64,000 nucleotides of DNA, taken from contig CAZQRL010000001.1 in assembly GCA_964595865.1 (NCBI GenBank), positions 260,700 through 324,699 on the forward strand, given 5' to 3'. The notes under the pieces are model-generated. The model saw only the letters and a program-made list of their open reading frames with translations, did no database searches and was not told the DNA's origin. Positions 47,530 to 56,828 of the stretch are shown here, one piece after another. Source of the DNA: an uncultured Chthoniobacteraceae bacterium (GTDB taxonomy: Bacteria; Verrucomicrobiota; Verrucomicrobiia; Chthoniobacterales; DYNR01). Positions within the stretch are counted from its first letter, which is position 1, and each line of letters starts with the position of its first letter. The position numbers and the translations under genes were made by a program.

Positions 47530-48197
47530 GGCTGCCTGAGTGGTTGGTCACTGCGGTGGTTCTCTTCGTCCTGGCCACCGTCCTCGGAACGATCTGGCTC
47601 GGCCAGGAGGAAGAGTCCCGGGAAGCGGCAGGGCTACGCAACCTGCGGCAATGGGGTATCGCGCTGAATCTTTACCTCATGGACAACGACAATCGTCTGC
47701 CCGATGTCGGCAAGACGCCCGTGGATAAGGAACAGACGAGCTCTTGGTTCAACAGCCTGCCTCTCTACATCTCCCAAACTCCGTTGGCCTCCCTACCGCC
47801 TGGCGAGCGTCCCCGCCCGGGCGTGCCCTCCCTATGGATGAACCCCCGCCTGAAGGCACGCCGCATCTGGGATCCAAATGAGTTTTTCTTCGCCTACGGC
47901 ATGAATCGCTTCCTCCAGCCCGATCCCACCCTGCGCAGCTTCACAATTTCCGAACTCGGTCACCCCGGGCAGATTATCTTCATGTCGGAAAAAGAAGGCT
48001 TCACTCCAGCCCTCAGCCCCGAAGAAGTTGTTACCCTTTGGGGTAAAGCCCGTCCCACCAGCCCCATGGCTGAAGCTTTGGTTCTCTTCTGCGATGGGCA
48101 CGTCGCCCGCACTCGCCGGGCCGAGCTGGTGGAAAATCCGGCTAATCTCAGCGTGAGCCACCTCGATCAAGGCGGCATTTCTTGGTTCAAGGAGTAA
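47526..48197 (+). CDS. pseudopilin-like protein (PVC-type, DUF1559-like) with degenerate prepilin signal
   Basis: An N-terminal hydrophobic helix is followed by REAAGLRNLRQWGIALNLYLMDNDNRLP and a C-terminal LVLFCDGHVA motif. The ATG overlaps the upstream stop (ATGA 47526-47529). Confidence 0.55.
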   Translation: MRLPEWLVTAVVLFVLATVLGTIWLGQEEESREAAGLRNLRQWGIALNLYLMDNDNRLPDVGKTPVDKEQTSSWFNSLPLYISQTPLASLPPGERPRPGVPSLWMNPRLKARRIWDPNEFFFAYGMNRFLQPDPTLRSFTISELGHPGQIIFMSEKEGFTPALSPEEVVTLWGKARPTSPMAEALVLFCDGHVARTRRAELVENPANLSVSHLDQGGISWFKE

Positions 48198-48235
48198 AGC
48201 TCGGCCTCTCGGAAGAAGGTCCGTGGCTTAATTAC

Positions 48236-48838
48236 TTAATTGAGGTCTGCGTCCGAGCTGGACCTCTTGGAATCGGGAGCCCTGGGCGGAGTGAAGGTAT
48301 CACTCGCTGGATTCGCATTCTGCGGCCAATAGACCTCCCCCGTGCGATACCAAATCGCCTGCGCACCGCTGAAAAGCGTCCCCTCGGCGAAAGCCTTGCG
48401 AATCGCCACCCGCAGACGGAAGGGATTGGCTGGCGGGGTGGGCGGATCGAGTGTGACTTCGCGAATGCGCACGCTCAACGGACTAAGTATTTGGTAGCCG
48501 AGTAAGAGATACGATGGGGTGTTGAGATTGTTACTCAGCTCCACCACCAAGAGATTCACTTGCCCAACCCGGGAAATCCACGCCGCAGCACTCCCTTGGG
48601 CAAGCACTTTGCCCTGTGGGTTTTTCTCGGTGTAAAACACCTGCATGCGATCGGTCCCCGTCGGAGCCACCACGGCCCGGAAGGTGCTCCCTTCCTTGAT
48701 TCCCTTCCCCTCCCAAACTCCCAAGAGCCACGTATTATCCGAACGCGAAGGACCCGAGGGAGCAAAGTCCCACAGGCAGCCCGAGCCCCCCCAGACCAAG
48801 AGTAACGAGAGAGAAAAAAACAGAATCCGCTTTGTCAT
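48236..48838 (-). CDS. lipoprotein, unknown function
   Basis: MTKRILFFSLSLLLVWGGSGC is a signal peptide plus lipobox. No family recognised. The ORF-track start was trimmed. Confidence 0.5.
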   Translation of the reverse strand: MTKRILFFSLSLLLVWGGSGCLWDFAPSGPSRSDNTWLLGVWEGKGIKEGSTFRAVVAPTGTDRMQVFYTEKNPQGKVLAQGSAAAWISRVGQVNLLVVELSNNLNTPSYLLLGYQILSPLSVRIREVTLDPPTPPANPFRLRVAIRKAFAEGTLFSGAQAIWYRTGEVYWPQNANPASDTFTPPRAPDSKRSSSDADLN

Positions 48839-48851
48839 GCCCCGCACCCAA

Positions 48852-50162
48852 TCAGATCCAGGTGTCGTCGGCAATGACGCTGTTCTTGGGGATCACCACG
48901 ATGCCATCCCGGATGTAAAAACCCTCGCCGTCGAGATCCTGCGACTTGCCTTCCGGGGTGATCACCACCCGGTTCCCAATCCGCGCGTTCTTATCAATGA
49001 TCGCTCCGTTGATCACACAGTTTTCCCCAATGCCAATGCGCGGCGCTCCGGGCATGCCGGTTTTCACTTCCGCCTCGTAGTAGTCCGCCCCCATCATGAT
49101 CGTATTGCGCAAGACGGAACCTTTTTGAATCACGCTCCGCAACCCGATCACACAGCGCTCAATCGTGGACTCCTCAATGAGGCAGCCATCGGAAATAACT
49201 GCCGCATCCACGGTGGCCCGACGAATAATGCTCGCAGGCAGAAACCTTGGCCGACTGTAAACCGTGCGTCCCACACCATAGAAGGAATATTGCGGATGGG
49301 GGTCGGTGAGATTCAGGTTGGCATCGTAAAAGGCCCGTATGGTTCCGATGTCTTCCCAGTAGCCTTGAAAAATGAAGGCAAAGACCCGATATTTATCTAT
49401 GGCCATCGGGATGATGTTTTTCCCAAAATCTTCGTAGTCATTATCAAGGCACTCCTGCAAGACCGAGCGGTTGAAGACATAGATCCCCATGGAGGCTTGG
49501 AAGAGTTCCTCACGCTCATCCTTGCCGAGCGCATTGAGCAAATGCGGCAGGATTTTTAACGTGTCGAGCAATTCATCGCTCTTAGGCTTCTCGACAAAGC
49601 GCTGAATCCGGCGCTCTTCATCGGTCTGCATGATGCCAAAGCCTTTGGCAGCGTCGCGATTCACCGGAATCGTGGCGATCGTCAAATCAGCCCGGGTGTC
49701 CACATGCTGGCGCAGCACCTCACGGTAATCCATCCGGTAAAGCTGGTCCCCCGAGAGTATCACAAAATACTCATACGGCCCTTCCAAAAAGTAACGCAGA
49801 TTTTGCCGGACCGCATCCGCCGTGCCCTGATACCACTTCGATCCCTCCGGAGTTTGCTGGGCCGCCAAAATCTCCACGAAGCTGTTGCCAAAATGATCGA
49901 ACTTGTAGCTGGCGTTGATGTGCTGATGCAGCGAGGTGCTGTTGAACTGCGTGAGCACATAGATCCGCCGCATGTTCGAGTTCAGGCAGTTGGAAATTGG
50001 GATATCCACCAGGCGATATTTGCCACCGAGTGGCACTGCCGGCTTGGCCCGTTCTTTGGTAAGCGGGAAAAGACGTGTTCCAGCACCGCCACCCATAATG
50101 ATGGCAAGGCTCTGTTGTGCGAGGGAAAGACCGGAAGCTGTGGAAGAGGGCGAGGGGCTCAT
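48852..50162 (-). CDS. glgC: glucose-1-phosphate adenylyltransferase
   Basis: IIMGGGAGTRLFPLTKERAKPAVPLGGKYRLVDIPISNCLNS, FVEKP and a left-handed beta-helix C-terminus. Confidence 0.9.
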   Translation of the reverse strand: MSPSPSSTASGLSLAQQSLAIIMGGGAGTRLFPLTKERAKPAVPLGGKYRLVDIPISNCLNSNMRRIYVLTQFNSTSLHQHINASYKFDHFGNSFVEILAAQQTPEGSKWYQGTADAVRQNLRYFLEGPYEYFVILSGDQLYRMDYREVLRQHVDTRADLTIATIPVNRDAAKGFGIMQTDEERRIQRFVEKPKSDELLDTLKILPHLLNALGKDEREELFQASMGIYVFNRSVLQECLDNDYEDFGKNIIPMAIDKYRVFAFIFQGYWEDIGTIRAFYDANLNLTDPHPQYSFYGVGRTVYSRPRFLPASIIRRATVDAAVISDGCLIEESTIERCVIGLRSVIQKGSVLRNTIMMGADYYEAEVKTGMPGAPRIGIGENCVINGAIIDKNARIGNRVVITPEGKSQDLDGEGFYIRDGIVVIPKNSVIADDTWI

Positions 50163-50239
50163 GCGGGGAAGCTTTAGGTTGCGCCGATTTCCCCATTTTG
50201 TCACGATGATACTTCCGGATGCGGACCAATTAATCGCTT

Positions 50240-52090
50240 ATGTGTGGAATTGTTGCTTATGTCGGGCGGGCGGAAGCTGCGCCTATCCTTCTCGATGGCT
50301 TGCGCCGCTTGGAATATCGCGGCTACGACTCCGCAGGCATGGCCGTGAGTCATCAGGGGCGCCTCGAGGGACGCAAAAGTGTCGGACGGATAGACAGCCT
50401 TGCCCGTCTGCTGAGCGAAAAGCCTCTCTCCGGTCATCTGGGAATCTGCCATACTCGTTGGGCCACGCACGGTGCCGTAACTGAGGCCAATGCTCACCCG
50501 CATTTCGACCAGTCTGGCGAACTCGCCCTCGTGCACAACGGCGTCATCGAAAATTACCAAGAGCTACGCGAGGAGCTGGAGGAGGCTGGCTGCGCCTTTA
50601 CTTCCCAGACGGATACCGAAGTGCTGGCCAAATTGATTGGCAGCGAGCTGGAGCGCGGCGGAGCTCCCCCCACCAAAGCCTCCCTCGTCGAGGCCTTGCG
50701 GAGGGCTCTTTCGCGCGTCTCCGGCACCTACGGCATTGCCCTCATCCACGCCGCGCTTCCCGGTGTGCTCCTGGGGGCTCGACGCGGCAGCCCTCTCGTC
50801 CTGGGGCTGGGCAAAGGAGAGAACTTCCTCGCCAGCGATGTCAGCGCCATGGTCACCCATACCCGGGAGGCGGTTTACTTGCAGGACTACGAGATTGCCG
50901 TCCTGGAGGCGGATGAATTCGAAATCACCACTCTCGGCGGCCACGGCTCCGCCTACGAAGTTCAACAGGTCGAATTCACGGCCGAAGACGTCAGCAAGGG
51001 CAAATACCCGCACTACATGCTCAAAGAGATTTATGAGCAGCCCCACAGCGTGCGCGATGCCATGCGCGGGAGACTTTCCATCGAAGAAGCCTCCGCGAAG
51101 CTCGGCGGGCTGAATATGACCAATGCCGAGCTACGCGCCGTGGAGCGCATCGTGCTCAGCGGCTGCGGCACTGCCATGCACGCTGCCATGGTAGGTGAAT
51201 ACCTCATTGAAACGCTGGCCCGCATCCCCACCGAATGCGAGTTCGCCAGCGAATTGCGCTATCGCAACCTTCCCATGACGCGTGACTCCCTGGTCTTTGT
51301 CATCAGCCAAAGCGGAGAAACGGCGGATACCCTCGGTGCTTTGCGGGAAAGTCGGCGCAAAGGGCACCGCACTTTGGGGATTTGTAACAATGTCGCCAGC
51401 ACCATTGCTCGGGAAAGCGACGGCGGAGTTTACATGCATGCCGGGCCCGAAATCGGGGTTGCGGCCACCAAGTCTTTCACTTCCCAGGTTGTGATCATGA
51501 ACCTCCTGGCTCTGCTCTTTGGCCGCATTCGCAATCTTTCCTCTCCCGAAGGCCTGCAGATCATCCGCGAGCTCGAAGCGCTTCCCGAGAAGGTGGAAAA
51601 AGTCCTGCAACTCGACGCTCAAACGCAGGCCCTAGCAAAGAAATACGCTCACTCTCGCAACTTCCTCTTTCTTGGTCGCCAGGCCAACTACCCCGTGGCC
51701 TTGGAGGCCGCCCTCAAACTCAAGGAAATTTCCTACCTTCCGGCTTCTGGTCACCCCAGCGCGGAACTCAAGCACGGCGTCATTGCCCTCATCAATCCCG
51801 ACACGCCATCGGTTTTTATTGCCCCGCAAGACGCAGTCTTTGAGAAAAATCTCAGCAACATTGAAGAAGTCAAAGCGCGCCAAGGTCCGGTGATCGCCAT
51901 TGGCACAGAGGGAAGCCACCAACTCGAACGCGTGGCCGACGAAGTTCTCTACATCCCTGCCGCATCTGAATTCGTAGTCCCGATCCTGGCGATTATCCCG
52001 CTGCAACTGCTTGCTTACCACATCGCTGTGGAGTTGGGGTGCGACGTGGACAAACCTCGCAACTTGGCCAAAAGCGTCACCGTCGAATAG
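50240..52090 (+). CDS. glmS: glutamine--fructose-6-phosphate aminotransferase
   Basis: MCGIVAYVG (N-terminal Cys nucleophile), two SIS domains and a C-terminal ...DKPRNLAKSVTVE. Confidence 0.95.
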   Translation: MCGIVAYVGRAEAAPILLDGLRRLEYRGYDSAGMAVSHQGRLEGRKSVGRIDSLARLLSEKPLSGHLGICHTRWATHGAVTEANAHPHFDQSGELALVHNGVIENYQELREELEEAGCAFTSQTDTEVLAKLIGSELERGGAPPTKASLVEALRRALSRVSGTYGIALIHAALPGVLLGARRGSPLVLGLGKGENFLASDVSAMVTHTREAVYLQDYEIAVLEADEFEITTLGGHGSAYEVQQVEFTAEDVSKGKYPHYMLKEIYEQPHSVRDAMRGRLSIEEASAKLGGLNMTNAELRAVERIVLSGCGTAMHAAMVGEYLIETLARIPTECEFASELRYRNLPMTRDSLVFVISQSGETADTLGALRESRRKGHRTLGICNNVASTIARESDGGVYMHAGPEIGVAATKSFTSQVVIMNLLALLFGRIRNLSSPEGLQIIRELEALPEKVEKVLQLDAQTQALAKKYAHSRNFLFLGRQANYPVALEAALKLKEISYLPASGHPSAELKHGVIALINPDTPSVFIAPQDAVFEKNLSNIEEVKARQGPVIAIGTEGSHQLERVADEVLYIPAASEFVVPILAIIPLQLLAYHIAVELGCDVDKPRNLAKSVTVE

Positions 52091-52127
52091 GATCCGGCAA
52101 CTTCAGCCCCCCCGAGAGGCGGGAGCT

Positions 52128-53519
52128 TTATGGGGTGGCAGATGCTGTGGGAGAAGGTGAGCTTGGGGCAGGTTCGCCAAGCTCGCCGGGCGAGGCTTCG
52201 GGCTCAGGTGTTGGGCTGGGCGTCGGCGTCGGCCAAGGGGGCACAATATCCTCCCAAAAATGGACGGCGGCTACTTCGGCTCCAATTTCTCCGACCAATT
52301 CCGCCACCCGGGCATTCCAGCGATTAAGATCCGGAGGCGCCGCAGGCTCCGCCGTGCCGGGGAAAATGAGATAGGTGACGCGCAGGTCGTTGTGTGCCCG
52401 ACGCACTGCGTTGGTGCGAGGTTCGATCGCCCGGCACAGACGCATCGAAGCTTCTCCCATTTTGAAAGAAGGTCCCGCATCTCCGAGGATGGCCGGGTAA
52501 ATTTTCCCATCATAGAGAACCGCCGCGTAATCGCCAAATTTCGGAGCATAGTCCCCCTCGGCTGACCGCAGCATGAAGCCAGGCAGAACAATGAAAGGAT
52601 CGGTGTCCGAAACGAGAAAACTCCACCGTTTCAGCTCGGCAATGCGGCTCACCAAGGTATCTCGCGAACTTTCCAAGCTGCGCCTTTGGGATGCCTCCAA
52701 CTTTCCCTCAGCCAACTGCTTCCGCACCTCCGCCAACCGCTCTTCGCTGCGGGCAAGAAATTGATTGGGACGTTCCGTCTGTTTCGGCCAGCGAAAGCTG
52801 GTCTGCGGTTGGAAGAACGGCGAGGATCCATCAATCTCCACATTCCGGTCACCGTCCGAACCATCCACATTCAGATCCATGTCGCCGACCGCAATAAGCA
52901 CCCGTCTTCCGGTCTCGGGATGTTGAGCCTGCAAAATCGTATCGCAATCGTAGAAATTGTGCCGCGAAAGGATTTCTTCCAAGCGGCCCAAGCGCGGTCG
53001 GATGTAGTTGGCTTTGTTCTGATAAAGCGTGGCAAAGGCCGGAGAGACTTCCGCTTTCGCCAGCACTTTTTCCAAGTCCGGCCACATTCGCAAAATCCCG
53101 GGATCATTCTGTTTGAACTCCGCCACCGTCCGCGCGGCCACCGGCATTCGAATACGCAGATTCATCTCCAGCACGTAGCTGCCAAGCTTGCGCCGCTCCA
53201 CTGCCGGAGTGAGCTCCGAGTCCTCCAACGTCAGCTCGGACTCGATAGTAATCCCGTTGTAAAAGCGACTTACCTCAACGTTTTTGCGCGGAATGTAAGG
53301 ATAAGGAGTCGGGGTCGGTAGAGGCGTCGGAGTCGGCAGTGGCGTGGACTCTGGCTCCGGCGCAGGCATGGGCGCAGGCATGGGCGCAGGCGTCTCTTGC
53401 GGGGTGGGCTGAACCACAGATGTCTCGTCGGCATCCGGGGCTGGCGAACACCCTGCGAGCAGCAGCAGCCCACCCACCACCGCCCAGGCCAACCGCCCGA
53501 ATAGCCGCACGAAACTCAT
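52128..53519 (-). CDS. secreted protein with GH75 (chitosanase)-like core flanked by Pro/Thr-rich linkers
   Basis: A signal peptide and TPxP-type linkers at both ends. The core carries GDMDLNVDGSDGD and FIVLPG...FGDYAAVLYDGKIYPAILGDAGPSFKMGEAS, which resemble GH75 signatures. Confidence 0.5.
   Translation of the reverse strand: MSFVRLFGRLAWAVVGGLLLLAGCSPAPDADETSVVQPTPQETPAPMPAPMPAPEPESTPLPTPTPLPTPTPYPYIPRKNVEVSRFYNGITIESELTLEDSELTPAVERRKLGSYVLEMNLRIRMPVAARTVAEFKQNDPGILRMWPDLEKVLAKAEVSPAFATLYQNKANYIRPRLGRLEEILSRHNFYDCDTILQAQHPETGRRVLIAVGDMDLNVDGSDGDRNVEIDGSSPFFQPQTSFRWPKQTERPNQFLARSEERLAEVRKQLAEGKLEASQRRSLESSRDTLVSRIAELKRWSFLVSDTDPFIVLPGFMLRSAEGDYAPKFGDYAAVLYDGKIYPAILGDAGPSFKMGEASMRLCRAIEPRTNAVRRAHNDLRVTYLIFPGTAEPAAPPDLNRWNARVAELVGEIGAEVAAVHFWEDIVPPWPTPTPSPTPEPEASPGELGEPAPSSPSPTASATP
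53359..53392. repeat. tandem 12-nt repeat (about 2.8 copies) inside the Pro-rich linker coding region
   Basis: GGCGCAGGCATG occurs twice plus a partial copy GGCGCAGGCG. On the minus strand it encodes PAPMPAPMPAP. Confidence 0.8.
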
Positions 53520-55462
53520 CAGGTATGGGCGATGAAGGCAGCGGTCACATCCGGCGGCAAATCAATCATGCGATAATCGCTCGAAGATACGAAGAGCAGG
53601 CTTTGCTTACCTTTGCCAAGCAACCTTCCGCCTGAGTCGTAGATTTCGTGCTCCAGGACGACAAACTTGCGGTTGTAAGAGGCAATACGAATACGCACGC
53701 TCACGGTTTCGAATTCCCGAGTTTCCCGAATGAACTTGTGCTCGAAGGACCGCGTGAGAATGTAGAAGGGCGTGTTCTTGAGGTTAAACTTCGGCATGAC
53801 CTTGTTGAAGAAAAGCTCCCGCGTTTTCCCCACCCACATGGCATACATGCCAAAGTAAACATTCCCGACCGAGTTGGTATCAGCATAGGTCGAAACAAAA
53901 GAGTGAACAAACCATTTCCCCTCAAAATGCCCCCCTACATTTTGTAAAGACTCAATAGCTGCCAAGGCGGGTGCCGCCATGCGGGCAATCGAGCCCCCCT
54001 TTTCCGCGGCTTCGGCAGCCCCACCGGAACTCTCCCAATTGGCCTCTTCTTCTCCGGGCGCGTAGCGGTGCGGGGTCAACTCGCGATGTCCTCCCTCTGC
54101 GGGCCCGGTGCTCAATTCCTCGGTCCCACTCACAAACTCCTCTCCCGAAGTCGGCTTCAGTAGGGTCCAAGCCAGATAAATCAGCGGCAACATCGAGCCA
54201 ATGATCATGAAAATCGGGTAGCGGAGAAAATAGCCGTAAGCAAAAATCACCACCGCCAATGAGCCAATACAGAACATTTTCACCTGCGGAATAACATTCG
54301 CCGGCGTGTTCACATAGCACCGGGCAATCGCCAGCCCGGAATACCCCACGAAAAACGTGGCGTAGAAAATCATGAAATACTCGATCTCCAGATTGAGAAC
54401 GGCGCCAAGTAGCGCAACCAATCCGGCCAGTCCAAAAATCGGAATCGGAGAGGTGAGCAATCCCTGCGGGATGATAGCCAAGAGCGCGTTGTTGCTGGCC
54501 CGCAAGGTAGTCTGAAGGAACCAGCGCAGGGCAATGTAGCCGCTATCCAAGGTCGTCAGCAGACAGCCTGCCAAGAAAACGCAGTAGGCTCCGAAAAGCC
54601 AGGGATGCTCCCCGGCCTGCCGCACGAGAAAATGCATGATGCTATCATGATGATAAGGATGCCCTCCGAGTCCCGTGCGCAGAAATTCCCCCGCTCCCTG
54701 CCCCAACGCCCAGAGAGCCAGTGTCCCGTGAAAAATGAGCAGCAGGAAAAATTGCAACGAACCCACCGCGTAGGCTCCGGCAATGGAAATACGTTCGCGG
54801 TGCATTTGAATCGCTCGCTGCCACTGCTGCAAATCGAGCCACGGTCCGAGCAGGAAACCGATAATAATCGCAACCGCATAGCCCCAATAGTTTAGGTCGT
54901 TGGTCGGAAGGGGCTCGAACTTCACCAAATCCGCTCCGCCACCTAAAATCCTCGGTGCCTGCAGGAGAATGATTACCGCCGCCAGCAAAATGAGAAAGAT
55001 GACACCGTGGCTCCATTTGATCCGCCGGATGTTAAATTCTTCCCCGAACAGAATCGCCGCAGCTAGCCCAACCAGCAAGGTCAGGGGCAGGTAAAGAGCC
55101 TCCGGTTGCAATCCGAGCGGTTGCCAAGCATAGCGAATAAAGGCGAAGATCGTCAGGGTGATTGCCAACAGCTGATAGAGAAAAAAGACCAGACGGAATG
55201 GCCGAGACCACCCATTAAAGAATCTGGCCAGAGTCTCCGAGCCGGGTTCGCGCCGGGCGAGATGATGGGTGATCAATCCAAAGGCCCAAAGTCCGATCGC
55301 GTTGGGAATGGCGAAGGAGAGCAAACCAAAGAGCCCAAACTGGGCGGAAAACTGCACCGAGAAAAACAGGCCGAGCCCCCACATCCAGGACAACGCCACT
55401 GTGTTTCCCCACAGGGCCGTGATGAACCAACGCGGCAAAACTCCGGCAAACGAACTCGACAT
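53519..55462 (-). CDS. fusion protein: about 12-TM transporter-like domain + C-terminal hotdog-fold (4HBT/YbgC-like) thioesterase domain
   Basis: The N-terminal 430 aa are polytopic. An acidic/Gly-rich linker follows. The C-terminal 130 aa, VGNVYFGMYAMWVGKTRELFFNKV...YILTRSFEHKFIRETREFETVSVRIRI...VVLEHEIYDSGGRLLGKGKQSLLFV, have 4HBT-like layout. The stop shares one nt with the next ATG (TGATG). Confidence 0.6.
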   Translation of the reverse strand: MSSSFAGVLPRWFITALWGNTVALSWMWGLGLFFSVQFSAQFGLFGLLSFAIPNAIGLWAFGLITHHLARREPGSETLARFFNGWSRPFRLVFFLYQLLAITLTIFAFIRYAWQPLGLQPEALYLPLTLLVGLAAAILFGEEFNIRRIKWSHGVIFLILLAAVIILLQAPRILGGGADLVKFEPLPTNDLNYWGYAVAIIIGFLLGPWLDLQQWQRAIQMHRERISIAGAYAVGSLQFFLLLIFHGTLALWALGQGAGEFLRTGLGGHPYHHDSIMHFLVRQAGEHPWLFGAYCVFLAGCLLTTLDSGYIALRWFLQTTLRASNNALLAIIPQGLLTSPIPIFGLAGLVALLGAVLNLEIEYFMIFYATFFVGYSGLAIARCYVNTPANVIPQVKMFCIGSLAVVIFAYGYFLRYPIFMIIGSMLPLIYLAWTLLKPTSGEEFVSGTEELSTGPAEGGHRELTPHRYAPGEEEANWESSGGAAEAAEKGGSIARMAAPALAAIESLQNVGGHFEGKWFVHSFVSTYADTNSVGNVYFGMYAMWVGKTRELFFNKVMPKFNLKNTPFYILTRSFEHKFIRETREFETVSVRIRIASYNRKFVVLEHEIYDSGGRLLGKGKQSLLFVSSSDYRMIDLPPDVTAAFIAHT

Positions 55463-55559
55463 AGGCGCGGGAACTTACTGGAAAAGCTTTTGCGAATCAA
55501 CTTGGTCCTAAAGGGCTCCGATTGACAGACTTTCCTGACCCGAGCAAAACTTTTCCCGA

Positions 55560-56828
55560 ATGCAACTCCAACTTCTCGCTCCGCTCGCAGCAGCGCTCTT
55601 GTCAGCCAGTGCCTTGCTGGCGGCGGAACCCACCGCCGCCGAAATCAACCAAGCCCTCGGGCTGGAACTTTTCCCAGCGGAAGGAAGCCTCTGGACGGCT
55701 TCAGCCAGTGAGACTGCTGCACGACTGCGTTGGCCGGAGGAATCCCGCACCTCCTCCAGTTCCAGCTACCGTCTCTATCCACGGCAAGCGCTGCCAGTCC
55801 TCGATACCGGAGCCTACAGCATGGTCCTCTACGGAGAAGAGGACCGCCCCTGCACGGTATCTTTTGTCTTCGCCAACAAAGGCGATGTGGCCCAGATGTT
55901 TCGCATTGATCCCGACCTCCCGGAGCACCAGAAACGCCGGGCTGCACAAAACGCCCTCAAGGATTACAAAAAGCTCATTCAAGCCGATGCCAAGAAAATC
56001 CAGGAAAAGCTGACCACCCTCCTTGGCGAACCATCCTTCGACCGTGTGGGAGACTCCAAGGCCACTTCCGAGCTAGTGCGTCGCTGGGATTGGCTGGGCC
56101 ATACCTTTCTCCTCTCTGCTCCGCGCGAGGAATACGTCGCGCTGCGCATCCTGCCCACCGAGGTGGCGGATAGCAATGGCATCGAGCGCGTCCCGGCTGC
56201 CCAGCTCCGCCAAACCCTTCTTGAGCGACGGCAAAAACGCGCAAATGGCGACATGATCCTCAGCGAAATCCCCATGGTGGACCAAGGCCCGAAGGGCTAC
56301 TGCGTCCCCGCAACCTGGGAACGCGCCCTGCGGTATTTCGGCATCCCGGCCGACATGGTCGTGCTCGCGATGGCCGGAGGGACCGGCGTCGGCGGAGGGA
56401 CTTCGATCGCCGCGATGATGGACGGAGTGAATGACCTCGCCCGCCGCTACGGACGTCGGTTGCGTAGCGAGAGTGGGGTTATCAACGAGCGCACTGTCGC
56501 CACCTACATTGACCGGGGCTTGCCGATCCTGTGGACCATGTTTTCCATGGATAATGTCAACGCCGAAATTAACCAGCGCAGCCGCAACCGGGAACGAATC
56601 ACTGATTGGGACGCTTGGAAAAAGGAACTCGAAACCGTAAGACGCAATGCGAAAAAAATCCGCATTGATCGCAGCCGAGGCCACGTCTGCATGATCATCG
56701 GCTACAACAAAGCCACGGGCGAGGTTGCTGTATCCGATTCCTGGGGACCGGAATTTGCCGAGCGTTGGATGACCTTTGAAGAAGCCCAGGCCGTCAGCGC
56801 CGGGGAATTCGTCACCATCCAGCTCTAA
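55560..56828 (+). CDS. secreted protein with C-terminal papain-like (C39-like) cysteine peptidase domain
   Basis: A signal peptide MQLQLLAPLAAALLSASALLA. The C-terminal half has VDQGPKGYCVPATWERALRYFG (Q...C), GHVCMIIGY (His) and SDSWG (Asp). Confidence 0.55.
   Translation: MQLQLLAPLAAALLSASALLAAEPTAAEINQALGLELFPAEGSLWTASASETAARLRWPEESRTSSSSSYRLYPRQALPVLDTGAYSMVLYGEEDRPCTVSFVFANKGDVAQMFRIDPDLPEHQKRRAAQNALKDYKKLIQADAKKIQEKLTTLLGEPSFDRVGDSKATSELVRRWDWLGHTFLLSAPREEYVALRILPTEVADSNGIERVPAAQLRQTLLERRQKRANGDMILSEIPMVDQGPKGYCVPATWERALRYFGIPADMVVLAMAGGTGVGGGTSIAAMMDGVNDLARRYGRRLRSESGVINERTVATYIDRGLPILWTMFSMDNVNAEINQRSRNRERITDWDAWKKELETVRRNAKKIRIDRSRGHVCMIIGYNKATGEVAVSDSWGPEFAERWMTFEEAQAVSAGEFVTIQL

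Noticed and set aside
50163-50239. glmS ribozyme upstream of glmS.
   Set aside because: The intergenic space is only 77 nt and is shared with the divergent glgC promoter. That is too short for the ribozyme core, and no conserved core sequence is visible.
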